From the NCBI GenBank assembly GCA_963666735.1, contig OY762926.1, positions 1,856,001 through 1,920,000 of the forward strand: a DNA stretch of 64,000 nucleotides. The letters are read 5' to 3'. Below the pieces are notes generated by a model. That model was given only the letters and a program-made list of their open reading frames with translations. It ran no database searches and was not told the origin of the DNA. Both the position numbers and the translations under genes were made by a program. Source of the stretch: Gemmatimonadota bacterium (GTDB lineage: Bacteria > Gemmatimonadota > Gemmatimonadetes > Palauibacterales > Palauibacteraceae). Positions 20,551-30,606 of the stretch are shown piece after piece; positions within the stretch are counted from its first letter, which is position 1, and each line of letters opens with the position of its first letter.

Positions 20551-21041
20551 GAGCCGGGGGCACGGATCGGGCCGGCGGGGCGCATGGGGCCGGCGGTCGC
20601 GCCGCTCCGCAGATACGCGGACAACATCAGAGCCGCCGCCAGCTCGTCGGTTCGCCCCTTCAGCCGCCGTTTGGCGCGCGACAGCGCCATGCCGGCGAGC
20701 TCTCGCTCGGCGCGCGCCGTCGAGAGCCGCTCGTCCCACTCGGCGGTGCGGACACCCGTGGCCTCCTCAACGGCTCGCGCGAAGGTCCGCGCCTCGGTGG
20801 CCATCGCACCCGCCGTCCCATCCATTGAGAAGGGAATCCCCACCAGAATGACGGCGGGCTCCAGCTCCGCCACGAGCGCCACCAGCGCGTCAGGCACCGT
20901 GGCCACCGGATCGGCGGGGGAACGGTCGACCACGCCGTGCGGGGCCGCGATCGTCCGGGTTGGATCCGTCACGGCGACACCAATGCGCCGCCGGCCGTAG
21001 TCAAGCGCCATCAGCCGGCTCCCCGGCGGGGTCAGGTCCAC
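20547..21041 (-). CDS. ruvX: RuvX/YqgF (block B, arm 1)
   Basis: ALDYGRRRIGVAVTD and WDERLST motifs. Confidence 0.9.
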   Translation of the reverse strand: MDLTPPGSRLMALDYGRRRIGVAVTDPTRTIAAPHGVVDRSPADPVATVPDALVALVAELEPAVILVGIPFSMDGTAGAMATEARTFARAVEEATGVRTAEWDERLSTARAERELAGMALSRAKRRLKGRTDELAAALMLSAYLRSGATAGPMRPAGPIRAPGS

Positions 21042-21265
21042 GGCCCCCCCGCGAGCCAAGTGTGCGCATACGACGGTTGGCCGGTGGGGCTGCGCGTGGG
21101 GGCCGAGCAGGCGGCGCTCGGGGGGAGGACGCCGGCGAGCGGGGTGGAGGGCTTCATCGGAACCGAAAGCTAGACAGCGGACCGGGGCCGGACAAGCTTT
21201 GCCCCGCACCGTCACCACAAGCGGCCGGGTCGCGGCGGCGCCCCGTTACCAGTAAGGAGAGGCGA

Positions 21266-22567
21266 TTGCTCCCAACCCGAGTCATCGAGAAGAAGCGGGA
21301 CGGCGGACGGCTCAACGATGACGAGCTGCGGACGTTCCTACGGGCGTACCTCGACGGTGACGTCGCCGACTACCAGATGTCGGCCTTCCTCATGGCGTCC
21401 TTCATCCAGGGCCTCGCTGCGGGTGAGCTCTCGGTGCTCACCCGGGAGATCATCGCGTCCGGCGCGCGCCTCGAGTTCGCGGACTTGGGTGGACCGCTGG
21501 TGGACAAGCACTCGACGGGAGGCGTCGGCGACAAGGTGTCGCTCGTGCTCGCGCCACTGCTTGCCGAGGCAGGGCTGCGCGTCCCCATGATGTCGGGCCG
21601 CGGTCTGGGGCACACCGGCGGAACGTTGGACAAGCTTGAGGCCATCCCGGGGTTCCAGGTGTCTATCGGTCTCGACCGCTTCCGCGCCATCCTGGACGAC
21701 GTGGGCTGCGCGATGATCGGCCAAACGACGCAGATCGCGCCGCTCGACGGCCGGCTCTACGCCCTCCGCGACGTGACCGGAACCGTGCCCTCAACGCCGC
21801 TCATCGCCGCCTCCATCGTCTCCAAGAAGGTGGCCGAGGGGATCGGCGCGCTGGTGCTTGACGTGAAGTGCGGCCGGGGTGCCTTCATGACCGATGAGCG
21901 CCGCGCGCGTGAGCTGGCCCAGACGATGGTCGCGCTCGCGGCCGCCGAGGGCGTGCGCACCACCGCCCTGCTCACGGCCATGGATGCGCCGCTGGGCCGC
22001 GCGGTGGGCAACGCCCTCGAAGTACGTGAAGCCATCGAAACGCTGCGGGGCGGCGGACCCGCGGACCTGCGGGCGGTGACGATCGCCCTCGCCGCGGAGC
22101 TCCTCGTTTCCGCGGGGCGCGCGACCGGTGCCAAGCAAGCCACGGCGACACTTGCCCCGATCCTCGAGAGCGGCGGCGCGCTCGGGCGCTTCGCCCGCCT
22201 CATCGAGGCCCAGGGGGGCGACCCGCGCGTGGCCGACGACCCCGGGCGCCTCCCTGTGGCGGCGGGCCGCACACCGTTTCGATCGCCCGGCGCGGGCTGG
22301 CTCGATGTTCACGCGCTCGAAGTCGGGTTCGCGTCGGTCGAGCTGGGGGCGGGCCGCCGCCGCGTCGATGACGCGGTGGATCCGACGGTCGGCTTCGAGT
22401 TTCACCGCGTCCAGGGCGACCGCGTGTCTGAAGGCGAAACCCTCGTCACGGTCCACGCGGCCAATGAGGCGGATGCCCGCCGGGCGCTCGACCGCCTCGT
22501 CGGGGCGGTCAGGCTTTACCCCGAACCTCCGCCTCCGCCGCGTTGGATCCTCGGTCGGATGGCGTGA
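21266..22567 (+). CDS. pdp: Pyrimidine-nucleoside phosphorylase (block B, arm 1)
   Basis: TTG start after AAGGAG; same motifs as the block A copy; intact frame. Confidence 0.92.
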   Translation: MLPTRVIEKKRDGGRLNDDELRTFLRAYLDGDVADYQMSAFLMASFIQGLAAGELSVLTREIIASGARLEFADLGGPLVDKHSTGGVGDKVSLVLAPLLAEAGLRVPMMSGRGLGHTGGTLDKLEAIPGFQVSIGLDRFRAILDDVGCAMIGQTTQIAPLDGRLYALRDVTGTVPSTPLIAASIVSKKVAEGIGALVLDVKCGRGAFMTDERRARELAQTMVALAAAEGVRTTALLTAMDAPLGRAVGNALEVREAIETLRGGGPADLRAVTIALAAELLVSAGRATGAKQATATLAPILESGGALGRFARLIEAQGGDPRVADDPGRLPVAAGRTPFRSPGAGWLDVHALEVGFASVELGAGRRRVDDAVDPTVGFEFHRVQGDRVSEGETLVTVHAANEADARRALDRLVGAVRLYPEPPPPPRWILGRMA

Positions 22568-22683
22568 CACTAACCCGCACGCCTCGGCAATTCGTTTCGC
22601 GGCGGCCGACGGGGCTCCGGACGGCAGCTGAGGCGCGTCCGTGCTGGCCCGCGCTGCTGCGTATAGTGCGTGTGGCGTTGTAC

Positions 22684-24925
22684 TTAGCGCGGGGCTAGGT
22701 GGCGGCGGAGGGGGGCGCGGGCGCTCCACGGGCCGTGCGCATCGCACATTTCGGTCGGCTCGGTGCCCTCGAGGTAGATCTCGACGTAGCTGAGTTCGAC
22801 CGGGCACCATCGCGTCGAGAGCAGGCCCGTGGTCTCGTCCACGGTCCGCTCGATCAGGCCCTGCGGCCGTTCCCACGGATCGGGGTGCGGATGCCTCTCA
22901 TAATAATGAGCCAGCACGGCCGCGCCGACGGGTGCCGCCGTTCCGCCGCCCGTCGCCCCCCGGTAGATCCGGCGGGGCCGGTCAAACCCAACCCAGGTCG
23001 TGGTGACAAGATCAGGCGTGAGTCCCACGAACCACGTTCGTGGCGTCGTTGGTCGTGCCCGTCTTGCCCGCCACCGGCACCGTGAACGGGATCGCATACC
23101 GGGAGCGCACCGCCAGCGTGCCCGTGCCCTGGTCCACGGCGTCCCGGAGCATGGACTGGGCGATCCACGCGATGTCCGGCTCAAGCACGCGCTCCCGCTG
23201 CACCGGGCTCTCCCACAGCACCCGGCCCTCCTTGCTTTCGACGAGCAGGATGGACCGGGGAGAGACGCGGACGCCGACGTTGGCGAAGGTCGTGTAGGCG
23301 GTCGCGACCTCGATCGGCCGCAGGTCCACGGAACCGATCGCGGCGGAGGGAACCCTGGGCACGCGCGAGGCGACGCCCATGCGCTCGGCCATCTGCGCGA
23401 ACGACTCCTCGCCGACGCGCTGCCCCAGCTTGACCGCGACGACGTTGATCGAACGGGCCAGCGCCCGGCGCAGCGTCAGGGGCCCCTTGAAGTCCTCCTC
23501 GAAGTTGGCGGGGGCATAGGGGTCGCCCCCGACGTTCTCGAGGCAGTAGGGCTGGTCGTAGATGATCTCGGACGCGGGAATCCCGGACGCGATCGCGGTC
23601 GCGTACACAAACGGCTTGAACACCGATCCCGGCTGGCGGAGGGCCTGCGTCGCGCGGTTGAATTCCGAGTCGCCGAAATCCCGCCCGCCCACGAGGGCGC
23701 GCACATCGCCCGTTGCCGCGTCGAGGGCGATGAACATCCCTTGGAGGTACGGCATCTCCGCGCCTCCGCGGCTGACTTGGTACAGGCTGTCCGGCGGCCA
23801 TGCCCGCACCTCCTCGAAGGTGACGCCGGAAAAGGCCGGGTGCCGGTCCACCCACTCCAGCTGGGCGAGCAGGGCCGAGTCGGCCACCGCCTGCAGATCC
23901 GGGTCGAGCGTCGTGTAGACCCGGAATCCCTTCTCATAAATGTCCGTCCCGTAGCGGTCGTAGAGACGCTGCCGCACCCACTCCACGAAATAGGGCGCCT
24001 CCCGCTCGATGCGCGCTCCCCGCGCCAGCTCCAGCGGATACGCCTTGGCGGCCTCGGCGTCCTCCACGCTAACCAGGCCCTGCGCCGCCATCAGCTCGAG
24101 GACCAGATTGCGGCGGCCGATGGCCCGCTCCGGCCGGCGGAGCGGATTGTACCCGGCGGGATTCCGCGGGATCGCCGCCAGCAACGCCGCCTCCGGCAGG
24201 TTCAGCTGGGCGGCGGTCTTTGCGAAGTACCGCTCCGCCGCCGCCTGAACGCCGAACACACCGTCGAAGTTGATCTGGTTGAGATAGGCCTCGAGGATCT
24301 CCTGCTTGCTGTACGCGCGCTCGAGGTCGATGGCGACGCGCATCTCCCGCAGCTTGCGGCGGACCGTAATGTCCCGGCGGTCCACGGACCCCTCGAACAT
24401 GTTCCCCGCGAGCTGCTGCGTGATCGAGCTTCCGCCCTGCGCGCCATATCCTTTAATTAGGAAGTCCGCGAACGCGCGCGCGGTCCGCCACGGATCGACG
24501 CCCGCGTGCGCCCAGAAGCGCTTGTCCTCGATCGCGATGAACGCGTTGTACACGTGCCGCGGGAGCTCGTTCATCCGGATCGGCGTGCGGCGCTCGACGG
24601 CAAGCTCCGCGAGGAGGGACCCGTCCGCCGCGTAGAGCTTCGTCGCCTCCTTCGGCTCGAAGGCGTAGATCTGGGCGATGGATGGGCACTGGTCGCACAC
24701 ATGCGTCCAACCCCGCCACGTGACGCCGGCCCCGAACGTGGCCCCCACCAGAATCGCGAGCGCCGCCGCCTTCCTCAACCAAGCCACGGCGCCACCTCGC
24801 CGGCGAGTCCGCAGGCCCCGCGCCGGGCTTGGGCGAGTTCTTCCGCGTCGTCCGCGTCCGCGCCTCCGTCCGCGCGACCGCCTGGCGGCGCGTCTCCGCC
24901 GGTTTGGCCGCGCGCGGCGGCTCAT
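22684..24925 (-). pseudogene. PBP1A-family gene with a frameshift just after KTG (block B)
   Basis: 637-aa frame leaves register at KTGTTNDATN; WFVGLTPDLV continues in another frame (AAC-G-TGG versus AAC-ACC-TGG in block A) near 23036. Confidence 0.85.
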
Positions 24926-25132
24926 GGCGCCGTACCTGGGAATCGCCCCGGTTTGCCCGGGGGGCGCGGTGTGCGCGCCACGGTGTGCAAGCCCCTCACG
25001 CGTCCCTCCAACCTCGTCCCCTCGCTCCCCTCGTCCCCGAACCGCTCGCGTCCGGCCGCCGAGAGACCGATTCTATCGCGACGCGGCTTCCGGCGGGAGC
25101 CATCACCTCGATACTACCGACCCTTGGCGCGG

Positions 25133-26344
25133 ATGTTTCTCCCCGTAAACGAACAACTCAAGCGAATTCGAGAGGGGGCCGAGCGCATCGTGCCGGAAGG
25201 CGATCTCGCCGCCAAGCTCGAGCGCGCCACGCGCGCGCGTAGGCTCCTCATCGTCAAGCAGGGTTTCGATCCAACCCGGCCGGACCTCCACATCGGGCAC
25301 GGCGTGTCGATCCATAAGCTGCGGACGTTCCAAGAGCTCGGGCACCGCGTGGTCTTCGTGATGGGCGACTTCACGGCCCGGGTCGGCGACCCGAGCGGGA
25401 GGGACGATACGCGGCCCATGCTGTCGGAGGAGGAGATCGAGGCGAACCTGGCCACGTACGAGGACCAGCTCTTCCGCATCCTCGATCCGGACACCACGGA
25501 AATCCGGAGGAACAGCGAGTGGCTGGCGGGCTTGAGGCTCGCCGATATCCTCCGCCTCACGTCGCAATACACGGTGGCGCGCATGCTCGAGCGCGACGAC
25601 TTCGCCGCCCGGCACCGCGAGGGGCGCCCCATCAGCCTCGTCGAGTTCCTCTATCCGATGATGCAGGGCTACGATTCCGTCGCGCTTCGCGCCGATGTCG
25701 AGCTCGGGGGCACGGACCAGCTCTTCAACCTGCTCTTGGGCAGGACGCTGCAGGAGCGGGCCGGGCAGGAGCCCCAGGTGTGTCTGATCATGCCGCTCCT
25801 CCGCGGGACGGACGGCCACCGAAAGATGTCGAAGAGCTACGGCAACTACATCGGGATTTCGACGCCGCCAAACGAGGCGTTCGGGCGCGTGATGTCGATT
25901 CCGGACGCGCTTCTCGACGAGTGGCTGGTGCTCGCCTCCGGCACCCATGGCAAGGAGATCGCGGCGCGCCGGGAGCAGGCCCGGACCGACCCTTTGGGCA
26001 CCAAGCGGTGGCTCGCCCGCAACATCGTGGCGCGGTACCACGGGACGTCCGCCGCCGCGACGGCGCGCGAGGCCTTCGACCGCCTCCACCGGCGCCGCGA
26101 AGTGCCCGAGGACATCCCCGCCGTCACTCTTGGCCTTGCGGAGCGCCAGACGGCTTGGATCGCGCACGTCCTCCGCGACACCGGCCTCGCCGCGTCCTCG
26201 TCGGAGGCGGGCCGGTTGATCCGCCAAGGGGCCGTGAGGATCGACGGCGACGTGGTCAGGGACCGCAACCTACAGCTCCCTGTGGGTGAGTACTTGGTCC
26301 AGCGGGGCAAGCGCCGCTTCACAGGCGTGTCGATCCAGCCCTGA
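25133..26344 (+). CDS. tyrS: Tyrosine--tRNA ligase (block B)
   Basis: MFLPVNEQL start, HIGH and KMSKS motifs; diverged paralog of 11712-12923. Confidence 0.96.
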   Translation: MFLPVNEQLKRIREGAERIVPEGDLAAKLERATRARRLLIVKQGFDPTRPDLHIGHGVSIHKLRTFQELGHRVVFVMGDFTARVGDPSGRDDTRPMLSEEEIEANLATYEDQLFRILDPDTTEIRRNSEWLAGLRLADILRLTSQYTVARMLERDDFAARHREGRPISLVEFLYPMMQGYDSVALRADVELGGTDQLFNLLLGRTLQERAGQEPQVCLIMPLLRGTDGHRKMSKSYGNYIGISTPPNEAFGRVMSIPDALLDEWLVLASGTHGKEIAARREQARTDPLGTKRWLARNIVARYHGTSAAATAREAFDRLHRRREVPEDIPAVTLGLAERQTAWIAHVLRDTGLAASSSEAGRLIRQGAVRIDGDVVRDRNLQLPVGEYLVQRGKRRFTGVSIQP

Positions 26345-26459
26345 CACGGCCGGCGGGGAGTCTCGCGCTGCCGATGGCGAGGGTTGGGGGGTGTCGACGA
26401 CCCGCCGCTCTCCGGCCATGAGGTCTCCAAGCCCCAAACCCTGATTGGAAGGAGATCTC

Positions 26460-26488
26460 TTGATCTGCGAGATGTGGGGCCTTAGGCT
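26460..26488 (+). promoter_or_regulatory. Sigma70-like promoter of the proline-rich lipoprotein gene
   Basis: TTGATC-N17-TAGGCT. Confidence 0.45.
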
Positions 26489-26502
26489 CCGAGTTCCGGG
26501 AG

Positions 26503-26542
26503 CTTACAGATTCAGACTCAACCTTACAGATTCAGACTCAAC
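26503..26542 (+). repeat. Perfect 2 x 20-bp tandem repeat CTTACAGATTCAGACTCAAC
   Basis: Direct inspection; ends just before the GGAGG RBS of the 26554 ORF. Confidence 0.95.
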
Positions 26543-26553
26543 GTGGAGGCCTC

Positions 26554-27051
26554 ATGAGACGACTCGTACCGATACTGCTCGGACTGCTCGTTGCCAGCTC
26601 GTGCGTAGACGTTGGCACTGCGGGGCCCGGCTCAGCATCGGCTGTTTCCGGGGGTTTCGAACTGGGCGTCTTGGCGGACTGTGATCCCTCCGATGAGCAT
26701 CCCTGCCCGCCACCCCCGCCTCCACCCCCGCCACCCCCGCCGCAGCCACCCTGTCTGGAGTGTCCCGAGCCACCACCCCCACCGCCACCTCCGCCCCCAC
26801 CCCGGCCCGACCCGCCTTGCGGTCTCGATTGCCCGCCACCACTGCCAGTACCACCAAATCCGCCGCCGCCACCACCCCCGCCACCGCCGCCAGTGAATGC
26901 TTGTTTCTTTATGGCAGAGTACTGTTCGCTGTGCGAAGAAAATCCTATGCACCCATTGTATTGCGAGCAGTGTGAGCTTTACACAAAGCAGTGTGATGAC
27001 ATGGGTGACATGGGTGACACGCGGCGTCCGGACGGGCTCCGTGTGTGTTAA
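26554..27051 (+). CDS. Polyproline- and cysteine-rich putative lipoprotein
   Basis: GGAGG RBS, signal MRRLVPILLGLLVASS-C, three runs of 11-12 Pro encoded by mixed codons, 14 Cys. Confidence 0.75.
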   Translation: MRRLVPILLGLLVASSCVDVGTAGPGSASAVSGGFELGVLADCDPSDEHPCPPPPPPPPPPPPQPPCLECPEPPPPPPPPPPPRPDPPCGLDCPPPLPVPPNPPPPPPPPPPPVNACFFMAEYCSLCEENPMHPLYCEQCELYTKQCDDMGDMGDTRRPDGLRVC

Positions 27052-27168
27052 GAGTATAGTCGAAAGCGTCGGGGCTCTCGTGCGAAGACGCAAGACGGTG
27101 ATTGCTCCCCGGACACGGACGCAAAGATACCAGCGTTGAGCAGCACCCAACATCGAATCGAGAATGGA

Positions 27169-27900
27169 GTGGAGATCGTGAAGGGCGCGGCGGCGGCGTC
27201 GCTGTACGGTTCGCGCGCGCAGAACGGCGTCATCGAGATCACGACGAAGCGCGGCACGAGCCTGCAGACGAACTCGCTCAACATCCTCGTTCGGGGGGAG
27301 TACGGGACCAGCCAGCTCGTCGGTGACGTTGGACTCACCCGTTCGCACCCGTACCTCATGAACGCCCAGGGCACGCTCTTCATCGATTCGGATGGCAACG
27401 AGGTCCAGTTCACGGACCTCAGCCGTCCCGGGTTCGGCGCGCCGGTGCTCGCCAACCAGATCAATCCCGGTGAACCCGGCGACTCGTTCACGTCGTTCGC
27501 CAACCAGGCGTTCCCGCACGAACTCTTCGACCACATGGACACGTTCTTCGATCCAGGCGAGACGATGGACGTCTACTCGGCCGTGACGGGCCGCTTCGGC
27601 GAGTCGAGCTTCCGCGTGAGCGTGGACCAGTTCATGGAGGGCGGCGTTGTGCGCTGCGCGCCCTGCATCGACAACCTCAGCACGCTCAACGCCGATCGCG
27701 TCGCGCAAGGCCTGACGCCCTTCGACGTCGGCCTCCCGGATGACGACGGCTACGAGCGCCAGAACGTCCGCCTGAACGTGGACACGCGCTTCGGCGACCT
27801 GGACATCGCCGCGAGCGGCTTCTACTCGCGCGCCGACCAGGACGACAAGGCGCTCGAGAACGGCGCCTTCAGCCAGTTGACGTTCGCTTCGCCTGCGGTC
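27169..27900 (+). pseudogene. Internal fragment of a SusC-type receptor
   Basis: VEIVKGAAAASLYGS...FSQLTFASPAV, most like susC copy 2 but with many synonymous differences; both ends missing. Confidence 0.9.
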
Positions 27901-28469
27901 CATCCTGCTCGTCGAAAGCAAGGAGGGCCGGGTGCTGTGGGAGAGCCCGGTGCAGCGGGAGCGCGTGCTTGAGCCGGACATCGCGTGGATCGCCCAGTCC
28001 ATGCTCCGGGACGCCGTGGACCAGGGCACGGGCACGCTGGCGGTGCGCTCCCGGTATGCGATCCCGTTCACGGTGCCGGTGGCGGGCAAGACGGGCACGA
28101 CCAACGACGCCACGAACGTGGTTCGTGGGACTCACGCCTGATCTTGTCACCACGACCTGGGTTGGGTTTGACCGGCCCCGCCGGATCTACCGGGGGGCGA
28201 CGGGCGGCGGAACGGCGGCACCCGTCGGCGCGGCCGTGCTGGCTCATTATTATGAGAGGCATCCGCACCCCGATCCGTGGGAACGGCCGCAGGGCCTGAT
28301 CGAGCGGACCGTGGACGAGACCACGGGCCTGCTCTCGACGCGATGGTGCCCGGTCGAACTCAGCTACGTCGAGATCTACCTCGAGGGCACCGAGCCGACC
28401 GAAATGTGCGATGCGCACGGCCCGTGGAGCGCCCGCGCCCCCCTCCGCCGCCACCTAGCCCCGCGCTAA
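27896..28469 (+). pseudogene. 3' fragment of the PBP1A-family gene, carrying the same frameshift (arm 2)
   Basis: LWESPVQRERVLEPD...KTGTTNDATN then frameshift into WFVGLTPD. Confidence 0.85.
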
Positions 28470-28585
28470 GTACAACGCCACACGCACTATACGCAGCAGC
28501 GCGGGCCAGCACGGACGCGCCTCAGCTGCCGTCCGGAGCCCCGTCGGCCGCCGCGAAACGAATTGCCGAGGCGTGCGGGTTAGTG

Positions 28586-29887
28586 TCACGCCATCCGACC
28601 GAGGATCCAACGCGGCGGAGGCGGAGGTTCGGGGTAAAGCCTGACCGCCCCGACGAGGCGGTCGAGCGCCCGGCGGGCATCCGCCTCATTGGCCGCGTGG
28701 ACCGTGACGAGGGTTTCGCCTTCAGACACGCGGTCGCCCTGGACGCGGTGAAACTCGAAGCCGACCGTCGGATCCACCGCGTCATCGACGCGGCGGCGGC
28801 CCGCCCCCAGCTCGACCGACGCGAACCCGACTTCGAGCGCGTGAACATCGAGCCAGCCCGCGCCGGGCGATCGAAACGGTGTGCGGCCCGCCGCCACAGG
28901 GAGGCGCCCGGGGTCGTCGGCCACGCGCGGGTCGCCCCCCTGGGCCTCGATGAGGCGGGCGAAGCGCCCGAGCGCGCCGCCGCTCTCGAGGATCGGGGCA
29001 AGTGTCGCCGTGGCTTGCTTGGCACCGGTCGCGCGCCCCGCGGAAACGAGGAGCTCCGCGGCGAGGGCGATCGTCACCGCCCGCAGGTCCGCGGGTCCGC
29101 CGCCCCGCAGCGTTTCGATGGCTTCACGTACTTCGAGGGCGTTGCCCACCGCGCGGCCCAGCGGCGCATCCATGGCCGTGAGCAGGGCGGTGGTGCGCAC
29201 GCCCTCGGCGGCCGCGAGCGCGACCATCGTCTGGGCCAGCTCACGCGCGCGGCGCTCATCGGTCATGAAGGCACCCCGGCCGCACTTCACGTCAAGCACC
29301 AGCGCGCCGATCCCCTCGGCCACCTTCTTGGAGACGATGGAGGCGGCGATGAGCGGCGTTGAGGGCACGGTTCCGGTCACGTCGCGGAGGGCGTAGAGCC
29401 GGCCGTCGAGCGGCGCGATCTGCGTCGTTTGGCCGATCATCGCGCAGCCCACGTCGTCCAGGATGGCGCGGAAGCGGTCGAGACCGATAGACACCTGGAA
29501 CCCCGGGATGGCCTCAAGCTTGTCCAACGTTCCGCCGGTGTGCCCCAGACCGCGGCCCGACATCATGGGGACGCGCAGCCCTGCCTCGGCAAGCAGTGGC
29601 GCGAGCACGAGCGACACCTTGTCGCCGACGCCTCCCGTCGAGTGCTTGTCCACCAGCGGTCCACCCAAGTCCGCGAACTCGAGGCGCGCGCCGGACGCGA
29701 TGATCTCCCGGGTGAGCACCGAGAGCTCACCCGCAGCGAGGCCCTGGATGAAGGACGCCATGAGGAAGGCCGACATCTGGTAGTCGGCGACGTCACCGTC
29801 GAGGTACGCCCGTAGGAACGTCCGCAGCTCGTCATCGTTGAGCCGTCCGCCGTCCCGCTTCTTCTCGATGACTCGGGTTGGGAGCAA
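28586..29887 (-). CDS. pdp: Pyrimidine-nucleoside phosphorylase (arm 2)
   Basis: Translation identical to 21266-22567. Confidence 0.92.
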   Translation of the reverse strand: MLPTRVIEKKRDGGRLNDDELRTFLRAYLDGDVADYQMSAFLMASFIQGLAAGELSVLTREIIASGARLEFADLGGPLVDKHSTGGVGDKVSLVLAPLLAEAGLRVPMMSGRGLGHTGGTLDKLEAIPGFQVSIGLDRFRAILDDVGCAMIGQTTQIAPLDGRLYALRDVTGTVPSTPLIAASIVSKKVAEGIGALVLDVKCGRGAFMTDERRARELAQTMVALAAAEGVRTTALLTAMDAPLGRAVGNALEVREAIETLRGGGPADLRAVTIALAAELLVSAGRATGAKQATATLAPILESGGALGRFARLIEAQGGDPRVADDPGRLPVAAGRTPFRSPGAGWLDVHALEVGFASVELGAGRRRVDDAVDPTVGFEFHRVQGDRVSEGETLVTVHAANEADARRALDRLVGAVRLYPEPPPPPRWILGRMA

Positions 29888-29995
29888 TCGCCTCTCCTTA
29901 CTGGTAACGGGGCGCCGCCGCGACCCGGCCGCTTGTGGTGACGGTGCGGGGCAAAGCTTGTCCGGCCCCGGTCCGCTGTCTAGCTTTCGGTTCCG

Positions 29996-30121
29996 ATGAA
30001 GCCCTCCACCCCGCTCGCCGGCGTCCTCCCCCCGAGCGCCGCCTGCTCGGCCCCCACGCGCAGCCCCACCGGCCAACCGTCGTATGCGCACACTTGGCTC
30101 GCGGGGGGGCCGTGGACCTGA
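29996..30121 (+). pseudogene. Possible remnant of the V4R gene (mirror copy at 21032-21157)
   Basis: 41-aa ORF MKPSTPLAGVLPPSA... in the syntenic position after the conserved promoter; weak resemblance to the V4R N-terminus MISPTQAPAVILPRS. Confidence 0.4.
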
Positions 30122-30606
30122 CCCCGCCGGGGAGCCGGCTGATGGCGCTTGACTACGGCCGGCGGCGCATTGGTGTCGCCGTGACGGATCCAACCCGGAC
30201 GATCGCGGCCCCGCACGGCGTGGTCGACCGTTCCCCCGCCGATCCGGTGGCCACGGTGCCTGACGCGCTGGTGGCGCTCGTGGCGGAGCTGGAGCCCGCC
30301 GTCATTCTGGTGGGGATTCCCTTCTCAATGGATGGGACGGCGGGTGCGATGGCCACCGAGGCGCGGACCTTCGCGCGAGCCGTTGAGGAGGCCACGGGTG
30401 TCCGCACCGCCGAGTGGGACGAGCGGCTCTCGACGGCGCGCGCCGAGCGAGAGCTCGCCGGCATGGCGCTGTCGCGCGCCAAACGGCGGCTGAAGGGGCG
30501 AACCGACGAGCTGGCGGCGGCTCTGATGTTGTCCGCGTATCTGCGGAGCGGCGCGACCGCCGGCCCCATGCGCCCCGCCGGCCCGATCCGTGCCCCCGGC
30601 TCATGA
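30112..30606 (+). CDS. ruvX: RuvX/YqgF (arm 2)
   Basis: Translation identical to the arm 1 copy. Confidence 0.9.
   Translation: MDLTPPGSRLMALDYGRRRIGVAVTDPTRTIAAPHGVVDRSPADPVATVPDALVALVAELEPAVILVGIPFSMDGTAGAMATEARTFARAVEEATGVRTAEWDERLSTARAERELAGMALSRAKRRLKGRTDELAAALMLSAYLRSGATAGPMRPAGPIRAPGS

Larger units (their letters stand above)
18910..23257 (-). repeat. Arm 1 of a 4348-bp inverted duplication (partner 27896-32243)
   Basis: Position x maps to 51153-x; all ORF translations are identical in both arms; both ends checked base by base. Confidence 0.95.

Noticed and set aside
26503..26542. 20-bp repeat, and the repeat at 43246-43296, as CRISPR arrays
   Set aside because: Only two units each, no proper spacer series and no cas genes
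27136..27972. 278-aa ORF as a novel fusion protein
   Set aside because: It is a susC fragment running across the duplication junction into an out-of-frame PBP1A sequence
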